64,000 bases of DNA from a virus. Within the stretch, counting starts at the first letter, position 1. The number at the start of each line of letters is the position of its first letter. Below are positions 28,742-37,489 of the stretch, piece by piece. The stretch is from the IMG/VR virus record IMGVR_UViG_3300033141_003168, positions 1 to 64,000 of that record; one strand, written 5' to 3'. Below the pieces are notes generated by a model. The model was given only the letters and a program-made list of their open reading frames with translations. It searched no databases and was not told the DNA's origin. The translations under genes and the position numbers were made by a program.

Positions 28742-28966
28742 GTGAGGGCGGCTATGAGCAAAGAGGGAATGTTACGGTTTTATGCAAAGAACGAAAGTGC
28801 ATGTAATTCTTTAATAGACCTTAGCAATGTCATTAAAGAAAAATATCCAAAATTATCCGAAGTTGACATTAATCTGATCTTATTTATGGCGTTAAGGTCG
28901 CAAAACATGATAAAAAATGTAGTACGAGTGATTGAAAGGCCGGGTACTGTTAAGACGGTTTTTTAA
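28742..28966 (+). CDS. Hypothetical protein
   Basis: 74-aa ORF whose stop lies inside palindrome copy 5. Confidence 0.5.
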   Translation: MRAAMSKEGMLRFYAKNESACNSLIDLSNVIKEKYPKLSEVDINLILFMALRSQNMIKNVVRVIERPGTVKTVF

Positions 28967-28992
28967 TTAATCCGGTTTCCGTAGTAATTAAA
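28962..28992 (-). repeat. 31-bp imperfect palindrome, copy 5 (inverted)
   Basis: tttaattaatccggTTTccgtagtaattaaa, exact reverse complement of copy 1. Confidence 0.95.
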
Positions 28993-29018
28993 TTCCCGAA
29001 AAAATAAGGAGATATTTT

Positions 29019-30227
29019 ATGAGTAAAAAAGAATTCAGTTTAATTTTTGATGCAAAAGAATTGCGTGATGCCGTAAACATTGTAGATAAGGCTGTAGATT
29101 TTAGGAGTCGAATTCCGATTTTAAGAAATTTACTTTTTCAGTTTGATGAAGATGAAGTTACTATTTCGGCAACGGATCAGAAAATCTGGATAAGTTTGCA
29201 AATGGAGATTTTAGTAGATAGTGGAATTTCGTTTGACGTAACTGTGCCTCAAAAGATTTTTCAAAATGTGCTCAAGGGAAAAAAGGGAGATATTGATTTT
29301 TCAGTTTTACAAGATTCGGATGGTTGTCTGGAAATTAAAATCGGTGACATTTCTATACAAGGAATTGACGCGGAAGATTTTCCTCCCGTTCCACAATCAG
29401 ACAAAGATAATAAAGACTTCAAGAAAATGAATTTTGCAATTAGCAAAAAAATACTGAAAACCGTTATTGATAAAACTATACTTGCAACGAATGTGAATGA
29501 TCCTCGCATGTGGACGAACGGAGTTTATTTTACGGGTGACAGTTTTACGGCAACTTGCGGAAATATATTATTTTCATTGATAACCGAAAATCATTCGATA
29601 CCAAAAGGTTTTGATTTATTAGTTCCGGTCAGAACATTACAATTGATTTCGGGCATAATCGGGAAAAAGAAAAGTGATTTGGAAGGTGACGCAATAGTAA
29701 TATTACACACAAACATGAGCGTAATGTTTTTTCTGGATCATACACAGTTTGGAAATGTTAAATTGATAAGTCGTTCACTTTCTACAAGATATCCAAATTG
29801 GAATAAAAAAAGCGTTAATCCTGATTATCGTAAGAACAATTCTTGGTATGTTACTTTTTCTTGTGAAGAGTTGAGACAAGTATTAAAAAATGCATTACCG
29901 TTTTCGGAAACAACTCACAAATATGATAACAAAATTACACTTACTATCGAAGCGAATAAAAAAATAGCAACTATTACCGCAGATGAAACAGATGCAGGTA
30001 AATTCAAAAAATCTATTGAAGTAGAAGTTGAAGGAGAAATAGCGGATCATGCAAAATCAAATCCGTTTATAATTAATTTTAATGCTCAATCTATGTTAGA
30101 CATTTTAAAACTACCCGAAGAAGTTACTGAAATTGATTTGCGGATTCGTAGTGCAACAGATGTGATCAAGGTCGTTACGTCTTATGAAGGCATAGCAGAA
30201 GAAACATGCTTATTGGCAGTAATCTAA
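29019..30227 (+). CDS. dnaN: DNA polymerase III beta sliding clamp
   Basis: 'IPILRNLL', 'ISATD', 'DAEDFP', 'NGVYF', 'SRSLSTRYPNW', 'INFNAQSMLDIL'. Confidence 0.8.
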   Translation: MSKKEFSLIFDAKELRDAVNIVDKAVDFRSRIPILRNLLFQFDEDEVTISATDQKIWISLQMEILVDSGISFDVTVPQKIFQNVLKGKKGDIDFSVLQDSDGCLEIKIGDISIQGIDAEDFPPVPQSDKDNKDFKKMNFAISKKILKTVIDKTILATNVNDPRMWTNGVYFTGDSFTATCGNILFSLITENHSIPKGFDLLVPVRTLQLISGIIGKKKSDLEGDAIVILHTNMSVMFFLDHTQFGNVKLISRSLSTRYPNWNKKSVNPDYRKNNSWYVTFSCEELRQVLKNALPFSETTHKYDNKITLTIEANKKIATITADETDAGKFKKSIEVEVEGEIADHAKSNPFIINFNAQSMLDILKLPEEVTEIDLRIRSATDVIKVVTSYEGIAEETCLLAVI

Positions 30228-30234
30228 ACATGAA

Positions 30235-30265
30235 ATAAATTACTACGGAAACCGGATTAATTAAA
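30235..30265 (+). repeat. 31-bp imperfect palindrome, copy 6
   Basis: ataaattactacggAAAccggattaattaaa. Confidence 0.95.
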
Positions 30266-30289
30266 ATTGAAAGGCGGTGATTATAACCG

Positions 30290-30484
30290 ATGAATGAGAA
30301 AAGAAGCGGATTATCAAAAAAAGAAAGTTACATGCAACTTCGAATTGATTCTAAATTGCGTGAGCGATTAGACAAAACAGTGGTGTGGGGTTACAGGTCA
30401 AAATTCATTCGGCAAGCAATCACAGAAAAATTAGATAGGGAGGAAAAGGATGTCGCAGACAAAAGCAATTCGGAAGTTAATTAA
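30290..30484 (+). CDS. Ribbon-helix-helix (CopG-like) DNA-binding protein
   Basis: 'MQLRIDSKLRERLD....RSKFIRQAITEKL'. Confidence 0.7.
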   Translation: MNEKRSGLSKKESYMQLRIDSKLRERLDKTVVWGYRSKFIRQAITEKLDREEKDVADKSNSEVN

Positions 30485-32678
30485 AAAAGTGAATCGGATC
30501 GAAAAGGAATTAAACGGACGATTGATCGAACGTCACGAAGAAGTACACGGTACAATCGTTTGTTTGCTTGCCGAACAACACGGTCTTTTTATTGGACCGC
30601 CCGGTACCGGGAAATGCTATGGAAAAAATACGCCTATTTTGATGTTTGATGGGCGAGTGAAAAGTGTTCAAGACATTGTTGTTGGAGAGCGCCTTATGGG
30701 CGATGATAGTACTTCGCGCAAAGTCCTTAATACTACCGTGGGAACAGGTTTGCTGTATAAAATCATCCCTGTAAAAGGTGAGTCTTTTGTTGTGAATGAA
30801 GACCACATTTTATCGTTGGTTAAAAGCGGCAGACAAGTTCGGAGCCACGGGAAGGTTGTAGGCTATCGAGATTATGATAGAATATTTAATATTCCGGTTA
30901 AAGATTTTTTATCTATGCCGGATCAGATTAGATACAAGTTATATCGGAAAGGAGTTCAATTCCCAAGTAAAAGTATTGCAATTGACCCGTATATCCTTGG
31001 TATATGGTTAGGCGGTGGTTGTAAGTATAATGCGTCAATCACATCTTTTGATAAAGAAGTGGTTGATGAGATTTATCGATACGCTGATTTTTTAGGATTA
31101 CAAATTACCGCGACGAAAGAGAAAGGGAGATATGCAATCACGACTGGATATACTGGAAATCCGATACATAAATTTTCCTTTCAAAAGTTACTTCGTGAAT
31201 ACGGTTTAATAATGAATAAACATATTCCCGATAAATATAAGTATAATTCGCGGCCAATAAGATTAGAATTACTTGCAGGTTTGATAGACGCCGATGGAAG
31301 CAAAGAAGAAAAAAGTGAGATTTTAAGTTATACATGTTCGAATGAAAAACTCATGGACGATGCAATTTACCTTTGTAGATCATTAGGATTTGCTGTTTAT
31401 AAGAAAAGCAGAAATACGCGATGCAATGGGAAAGACTTTCCATCATTTAGAATTTCTATAAGTGGGGATTGTTCCGTTATACCGATCAAAATTCCAAGAA
31501 AAAAATGTAAGAAACGGAAACAAATCAAGAATCCATTTTTCACAGGCTTCAAGATTGAAGAGGTGGGGTTGGGTGACTATTACGGTTTTAGTTTGGACGG
31601 AAACCACCTTCACTTATTGGGTGATTTTACCGTATCTCACAACTCTTTACAAACAGAGCTAATCTGTGAAAGAATAACGGGTATAGAATACTTTGAAAGA
31701 CTCTTAACGAAGTTCAGCACTCCTGAAGAATTATTCGGGCCGGTATCGCTTCCGAAACTGAAAGAAGGAAAGCATGAACGCATTCTGAAAAACATGATGC
31801 CCGTTGCGCACGTCGCGCGGATAGACGAAATATGGAAAGGTAACAGTTCGATTCTTAACTCGCTGCTATCTCTAATAAATGAACGGGTATTTTACAACGG
31901 TACAAAAGGAGTGTTCGCCTCACCATTGATTTCAATTTTCGGTACGTCAAATGAAATGCCGGAAAGCGACGAACTTTCTGCATTGTATGATCGGTTTTCA
32001 CTGCGGTATATGGTCGATTACGTCGGGGAAGATTCATCTTTCAAACGACTGTTACAACTTAATGGCGCAGGGTCAAGCAAAATAACGAAACTAAAGTTTG
32101 ACGAATTGTGTGTTCTGCATGAATACAGGATGGGTGAAGTTAATATCGGTTCCGATATTTTGGACATGGTGCTTCAATTACGCGGTCAGTTGAAACGTGA
32201 CGGGATTACAGTTTCGGATAGACGTTGGAGAACCGCGTTAGACATTTTGAAAGTAGAAGCAATGTTGCAAGAACGCAACGATGTTCACCAAGACGATCTT
32301 GAGATACTCGCGCACATGTTATGGAACCAACCTTCAGAGAAGAAGCAGGTAATGAGCGCGGTCATGCAAATATCCAACCCGGCACTTATGAGGGCAATCG
32401 AAGTGAAGGATGTGTGCGCAGATGTTTATTCAAAAGCAATGAGCGCACCGGACGACGAGAAGGACGGGTACGGTATCGAGGCGAATAAGAAACTCGGAAC
32501 CGGTATTAAAGAATTAGAAGGACTCGTAACAGTTCATCAGTCGAAAAGATTGGGTGAAATCATTAGTCAGTTGCGGAGATGGAAGTCAGAGGTTTTACAT
32601 CATTGTCTTGGGATTTCACCAATGGAAGACGAAGATGACGACGAGGAAATCGACGATGAAGCGGAGGTTCTGGTTTAA
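30450..32678 (+). CDS. RavA/MoxR-family AAA+ ATPase with intein
   Basis: 'GPPGTGK[intein]S', 'LLTKFSTPEELFGP', 'IDEIWKGNSSILNSLL..INER', 'SNEMP', 'ALYDRF', 'VSDRRW'. Confidence 0.9.
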   Translation: MSQTKAIRKLIKKVNRIEKELNGRLIERHEEVHGTIVCLLAEQHGLFIGPPGTGKCYGKNTPILMFDGRVKSVQDIVVGERLMGDDSTSRKVLNTTVGTGLLYKIIPVKGESFVVNEDHILSLVKSGRQVRSHGKVVGYRDYDRIFNIPVKDFLSMPDQIRYKLYRKGVQFPSKSIAIDPYILGIWLGGGCKYNASITSFDKEVVDEIYRYADFLGLQITATKEKGRYAITTGYTGNPIHKFSFQKLLREYGLIMNKHIPDKYKYNSRPIRLELLAGLIDADGSKEEKSEILSYTCSNEKLMDDAIYLCRSLGFAVYKKSRNTRCNGKDFPSFRISISGDCSVIPIKIPRKKCKKRKQIKNPFFTGFKIEEVGLGDYYGFSLDGNHLHLLGDFTVSHNSLQTELICERITGIEYFERLLTKFSTPEELFGPVSLPKLKEGKHERILKNMMPVAHVARIDEIWKGNSSILNSLLSLINERVFYNGTKGVFASPLISIFGTSNEMPESDELSALYDRFSLRYMVDYVGEDSSFKRLLQLNGAGSSKITKLKFDELCVLHEYRMGEVNIGSDILDMVLQLRGQLKRDGITVSDRRWRTALDILKVEAMLQERNDVHQDDLEILAHMLWNQPSEKKQVMSAVMQISNPALMRAIEVKDVCADVYSKAMSAPDDEKDGYGIEANKKLGTGIKELEGLVTVHQSKRLGEIISQLRRWKSEVLHHCLGISPMEDEDDDEEIDDEAEVLV
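30615..31643 (+). mobile_element. Intein with LAGLIDADG homing endonuclease (343 aa)
   Basis: Starts CYGKNTPI, ends 'GDFTVSHN' followed by Ser; internal 'LLAGLIDADGS'. Confidence 0.92.
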
Positions 32679-32715
32679 GGCAGTTTGACAATACGCAACA
32701 GTAGGAGGCGCAAAC

Positions 32716-34230
32716 GTGGAAATGGAATTAGACAAAAACACGGTCAATAACGACGCATGGGATTTAGGTACTTACGCAAACCTCGAAAAGGACTCCGACG
32801 TACTACAAGAGGTTTCGAGCGAAGGTACGGATACATTAAATACCTTTCCGCACTTGATGGAAGACTTGTTTTCATCATATTTTAAGTTCGCGCCGAAAGT
32901 GAAAGAAGAGGTTTCTTCGGAAGTAAGTCTGAACAAAAGCCTCATCGAGGAAACCATGACCACCAGTGAATACGGCAACTTGAGAATGGCAACACAGTTA
33001 GACGAATTCAATTCGGCAATGGCAGTTGCGGTGACCTCAAAGGAACTCGTAGAAAAGATCAGAGAATCAAGCGAACTTTCAGAGGCGGCGCGGGACGCGA
33101 ATCAAGTGAACGCATTGTCCACAGAACAGGCCGACATTGACGCAAGCCTTGAGTCGTTAAGAGACTTGTTAAAAAACAAGCTGAAAAAACCTTTAGAGAA
33201 CAAATTGAAAAGGAAGCAGGGGCAGTTACAGAAGGACGCGAAGAAATGTTCATCTCAACTTGCCGCAAGTGAGAAGCAAATGCAAAAGTCCATAAGCGGG
33301 ACACGCGACCAACAACGGGTAGCAATGAGGGCGGCGGTTCAGGCCGCGTCAGACAAGGTAGATGAAATGTCGCAACAGTGTGACGCATGGGGCAGTGAAC
33401 CGGGTGCGATTACTAAGATGCCATTGGGCCAAAAAATTGCACTTGCGAAAAGGTTGTCAAACGCCGACAAGTTAAAAAAGATTGCTGAGTATGCGGGGCG
33501 TATAAAGAACATCGCGTTTCGTAAACAACAAACAAGAATCAAACGTGGTGCAACAGAAATAGAGTCCATTGAAACCGGCAACGACTTGGGTAAGATGTTA
33601 CCAAGTGAACTCGCACTTTTAACACCGGAACTTGAAGACGAATTTCTCCGTAAATATTCCGAGAAAGGATTATTGCAATACAGCCTGAACTCGAAAGAGA
33701 AATTAGGTCGTGGGCCGATGGTAGTTTGCATTGATACTTCCGGTTCGATGAGTGGTCAACGGGAGTACTGGTCAAAGGCCGTCGCACTCGCACTTTCGAG
33801 TATTGCAATAAAAGAGAAACGAGGGTTTGTTTTGATCTTCTTTTCATCTGGTAGTGATTGTGTTGAATTTGAGTTTCCCATAGGCGGGAAAGATCGACTT
33901 CAAAACATGATGTCTGCAATGGAAACATTTATCGGTGGCGGTACGGATTTTGAAGTACCGTTGGTGAGGGCCATGAGTTATATTGAAGGTTCGGAATACA
34001 AGAAGGCAGACATCATTTTCATTACCGACGATGAGTGTGATGTTAGTGATAGCTTTGCTAAAGAATTTGATGCCCTAAAAGAAGAAAAAAGATTTTCTTG
34101 CTTTGGAATTTCGGTGGAAGCTTCGCATAACACGCTTGATACTTTTTGCGACAAAGTATTTCCTATTCACGAAATGGCAAACGACGTGGCAGTGTTGGAC
34201 GGTTTATTCAGTGTAGATTATTCAAAATAA
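32716..34230 (+). CDS. vWA-domain protein (ViaA-like partner of the AAA+ ATPase)
   Basis: MIDAS 'CIDTSGSMSG', 'GGGTDFEVPL', 'ADIIFITDD'. Confidence 0.88.
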   Translation: MEMELDKNTVNNDAWDLGTYANLEKDSDVLQEVSSEGTDTLNTFPHLMEDLFSSYFKFAPKVKEEVSSEVSLNKSLIEETMTTSEYGNLRMATQLDEFNSAMAVAVTSKELVEKIRESSELSEAARDANQVNALSTEQADIDASLESLRDLLKNKLKKPLENKLKRKQGQLQKDAKKCSSQLAASEKQMQKSISGTRDQQRVAMRAAVQAASDKVDEMSQQCDAWGSEPGAITKMPLGQKIALAKRLSNADKLKKIAEYAGRIKNIAFRKQQTRIKRGATEIESIETGNDLGKMLPSELALLTPELEDEFLRKYSEKGLLQYSLNSKEKLGRGPMVVCIDTSGSMSGQREYWSKAVALALSSIAIKEKRGFVLIFFSSGSDCVEFEFPIGGKDRLQNMMSAMETFIGGGTDFEVPLVRAMSYIEGSEYKKADIIFITDDECDVSDSFAKEFDALKEEKRFSCFGISVEASHNTLDTFCDKVFPIHEMANDVAVLDGLFSVDYSK

Positions 34231-34257
34231 ACTACTACGGAAACCGGATTAATAAAA
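34227..34257 (+). repeat. 31-bp imperfect palindrome, copy 7
   Basis: ataaactactacggAAAccggattaataaaa; contains the vWA stop codon. Confidence 0.95.
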
Positions 34258-34272
34258 AAAGGAGAAAATATT

Positions 34273-34818
34273 ATGTCTAAATTTGAAATTGTAGTTTACG
34301 CAGTGAAAGAAATTATGGTTAACAGCACCGAAGAGGGTGCGGAAGTTGGAGAAAAAGAACTTAGTTTTCAAAAATTTCCTATAGCGTCTATTGTGTATTC
34401 TAAGGCAGTAGTTCTGGCGAGTTATGATCCTCGCGAAGTGTACTCTGTAGGTGTATCCGTAATGTCTGCAAAAGACAATCCCTGCAAGAAAACAGGTAGA
34501 GTGATAGCATCACAAAGGGCTATCGGTGTGCTACTCGCAGACAGGAATAACGGTGCTTATAAGAGACACGCCGAAGCGTACAAGAAGGATCGAAGCGTGG
34601 TGCATAAGAATGTGCGTGTTATCACCGAACTTGAAGGTATTGTGGATGTACGTTTTTTTAGTTATACACTTGTGAGCGCAAGCGGGAAATATTATTTTAC
34701 AACCGCAGATTTTGCTGTGCGCATAAATTTTATTTTTGGCGCATTACTCAAACCGGAGGATGTACCGGAGAAAATAAAAGCCGTGCTGGATAAGAAAACG
34801 GAGGTCGCTAAAAAATGA
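34273..34818 (+). CDS. Hypothetical protein
   Basis: 181-aa ORF, SD AGGAG. Confidence 0.6.
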   Translation: MSKFEIVVYAVKEIMVNSTEEGAEVGEKELSFQKFPIASIVYSKAVVLASYDPREVYSVGVSVMSAKDNPCKKTGRVIASQRAIGVLLADRNNGAYKRHAEAYKKDRSVVHKNVRVITELEGIVDVRFFSYTLVSASGKYYFTTADFAVRINFIFGALLKPEDVPEKIKAVLDKKTEVAKK

Positions 34819-35678
34819 GCAAAGCGTTAACCGAACTACAAAAATCAATAGGCAAACATTCACTGTTAGGATCAATCGTGTACTGGTCATTTCATGATGT
34901 AGACATACCGGCAGACGAATTGCAAATGGCCCTTAATGCATACGATCTTGATTTAAAAGTTGCGAATGTTTCAGATCGCCGTGCGCTGACGAAAGCGTTA
35001 GGAATTTTGAAACGCGCCTCAAAAGATAAGTTAATAGACAAGATCATCGAGGACGAAGATCAAGTTGTGTATGCAGTGTTGGACAAAGCCGTTGATTATA
35101 AGGAAATGGAATTGAACGTCGAAAATCTTAATGCGGTAATTTTCGACAAGGCCACAAAGATACTTGAATTCAAGAAAAATGGTGACGCAATTTCTACCGA
35201 AGTCGAGGAGTTGTTTTATAGTCTTCAAGGTACATATAACGCGGAGGACATGAGGCGGTTGGTTAAAACCTTTATCAAGCGACTTGGAGGTCTGACCTTA
35301 CGAGAACGTGGCGGTGTTTATTTTGTTCCGGTTACAGCATTGACGGAAGTTACAAAATTGAGTAAACTTGTCGATGCCCAATTTTCAGATTCCTACGTTG
35401 CGTCATTGGGAATCATTGACACAACAAAAACCAAAGCCACAGTGGAACGGGACTTCAATCGTGAGATGGTTTCGGAGATAGAATCGGCGGCAAATGAACT
35501 TGTAACGCTTCTTGGTAGTAATGATGAAGTCAGGGCGTCGTCGCTCGAAGTCAGACTAAAAAGATACAGGTTCATGCGGGACAAGGCTGAAATGTATGCC
35601 GAACTTTTACAGGCTGACTCAGGAGTGTTGTTTAAAAAGATACGCAAGATGGAAAAGATAGTTACGGAAATGTTATGA
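34815..35678 (+). CDS. Conserved phage protein (DUF6744/DUF3150-like)
   Basis: 'LLGSIVYWS', 'LRERGGVYFVP', C-terminal coiled coil with 'YAELL'. Confidence 0.6.
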   Translation: MSKALTELQKSIGKHSLLGSIVYWSFHDVDIPADELQMALNAYDLDLKVANVSDRRALTKALGILKRASKDKLIDKIIEDEDQVVYAVLDKAVDYKEMELNVENLNAVIFDKATKILEFKKNGDAISTEVEELFYSLQGTYNAEDMRRLVKTFIKRLGGLTLRERGGVYFVPVTALTEVTKLSKLVDAQFSDSYVASLGIIDTTKTKATVERDFNREMVSEIESAANELVTLLGSNDEVRASSLEVRLKRYRFMRDKAEMYAELLQADSGVLFKKIRKMEKIVTEML

Positions 35679-36421
35679 TTGAACCGAACAACACAAAAAA
35701 GAAAACATGTCCGACCTGCGGAAATTCATTTGAAACTGAACATGGACAAAAGAAGTATTGCAATGACGACTGCTGGCCTTGTCGAAGCAAGACGTACTGG
35801 AAGCCGGGAGGAACCGGTGTTAAGAAAATGTTACAAGACGAGGCGCGGCGCAAACGGTACGAGAGGTTGAAGTGGTACATAAAATTCGGTTTGAACCAGT
35901 CTGAAATCGCGAAGGAGGAAGGTTTATCACGACAACGAATTTCTCAGTTAATTAAACGGTACGATTTGTATGAACTGTACCTCGATGTTAAACGAAGTTT
36001 GTCTGCTAAATTTTGTAGTAGGTGCGGTAAACTTATAGAAGATAAAACGGTACTTGCGATTAATTGTGTTGATTGTTCTCCGATTCCGATTATGGAACCA
36101 CGTCCATGCAAAGGTTGTGGGCGTAGTATTACAACGGCAAGTTGGGGTTACTGTCAAACGTGTTACCGTAAGTACGGGCCGAAAAACAAAACGTGTTCTT
36201 TATGTGGCGCAAAAACTGTAGTTCTTTTAGGCAAAGGTTTATGTACTGTGTGTTATCAGCGGTTATATCACAGGGCCAAAGTTGCGGCAAACGGCGGGGT
36301 ATTAATTCCGCGTAGAATTGTAACCAATCAGGAACTTAAAATTTGCGAGGAGATGAAAAGCGAGATGCTTTTAAGCCCTAAACGGAAAGGGGGTAGGCAT
36401 AAACGCACGACCGTTAGATAA
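35675..36421 (+). CDS. HTH and multi-zinc-finger protein (putative regulator)
   Basis: 'GLNQSEIAKEEGLSRQRISQL' and many CxxC pairs. Confidence 0.65.
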   Translation: MIEPNNTKKKTCPTCGNSFETEHGQKKYCNDDCWPCRSKTYWKPGGTGVKKMLQDEARRKRYERLKWYIKFGLNQSEIAKEEGLSRQRISQLIKRYDLYELYLDVKRSLSAKFCSRCGKLIEDKTVLAINCVDCSPIPIMEPRPCKGCGRSITTASWGYCQTCYRKYGPKNKTCSLCGAKTVVLLGKGLCTVCYQRLYHRAKVAANGGVLIPRRIVTNQELKICEEMKSEMLLSPKRKGGRHKRTTVR

Positions 36422-36448
36422 AAGTTAGTAATGAAAGGAGCCAATAAA

Positions 36449-37489
36449 ATGGCAAAGAAAAAAGTAGCAAAGAAATCAAAGGTAAAGACTGGAACAAAGA
36501 CGACAAAAAAGAAATCAACGGGAGCAAAAGCGACAGAAAAGAAAGTCAATAACGTCGGGCCAATTAAACAAGTTGATCCGAAAGAATTAAGTATTCACAA
36601 ACTGAATGCAAAATTCTTTGGCGCGATGGGCGCGGACGAGTTTGCGAAATTAAAAGACGACATCAAGGCAAACGGAATTCGCGTACCGCTTATTGTAACA
36701 AAGGACATGGAGATCATCGCGGGCAAGACAAGGTTGAAGATTGCGAAGGCACTCAAGTTAAAAGTGGTGCCGGTTACAATCGTCGGGTTTCCCGATGAAG
36801 AAGCAGTAGCAAGAGCCGTTGTGGGCGACAACATCCTCCGCAGGCAACTGATAAAGTCCGAGAAAGTTCGTATCGGTAAAGAACTTGAAGTCATGTTTAA
36901 GAAAACCGGTGGGGTTGAGAAACCCGGCAGGCCGAAGAAGGACAAAGCAGGTAAAGCAAAAGATCAGAAGAAAAAAGTCGGTGCGAAATATGTGAAGACT
37001 GGTAAAACCGCCGCCGATAAAGCAGCGGAAGAAATGGGTATTTCGCCTACACAGTATCAGGACACAAAACGCGCCGTCAAAGTTCCGAATGAAGTTGTGA
37101 AACGGCTTGACGCAGGCGACATTTCAATTACTCTTTCAGGTTCGATTTCCAAACTGCCGCCCGAAGGCAAAAAGAAGGCTGCGTCGATTTGCAAGAAAAC
37201 GGAGAATAAAAAAGTCTTGAAAGAGATGTTGGAAGCTCTTGTAAAATCGTTTACAGGCGAGGACGCAAACGCGGACAAGATCGTAAAGAAGGCAAACATC
37301 CTCAATGCAAGACTTCTTGATTTCATCGACAACGACTTAGCGCCGGTGTGGGCCAATGTTTCTGAAGGAAAGAGGACGGAATTTATCCAGAGTTTCAGGC
37401 AGATTCAAACTCGAATCGTCAAGATGAAAGAGGACGTGAATGGCGACAAAAAACCCGCAGACAAAAAGAAGAAAAAAGCGAAGAAGTAA
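36449..37489 (+). CDS. ParB/Srx N-terminal domain protein
   Basis: 'LKDDIKANGIRVPLIV...IIAGKTRLKIAKAL', 'DNILRRQL', HTH 'AADKAAEEMGISPTQY'; start placed after AAGGAG. Confidence 0.8.
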   Translation: MAKKKVAKKSKVKTGTKTTKKKSTGAKATEKKVNNVGPIKQVDPKELSIHKLNAKFFGAMGADEFAKLKDDIKANGIRVPLIVTKDMEIIAGKTRLKIAKALKLKVVPVTIVGFPDEEAVARAVVGDNILRRQLIKSEKVRIGKELEVMFKKTGGVEKPGRPKKDKAGKAKDQKKKVGAKYVKTGKTAADKAAEEMGISPTQYQDTKRAVKVPNEVVKRLDAGDISITLSGSISKLPPEGKKKAASICKKTENKKVLKEMLEALVKSFTGEDANADKIVKKANILNARLLDFIDNDLAPVWANVSEGKRTEFIQSFRQIQTRIVKMKEDVNGDKKPADKKKKKAKK

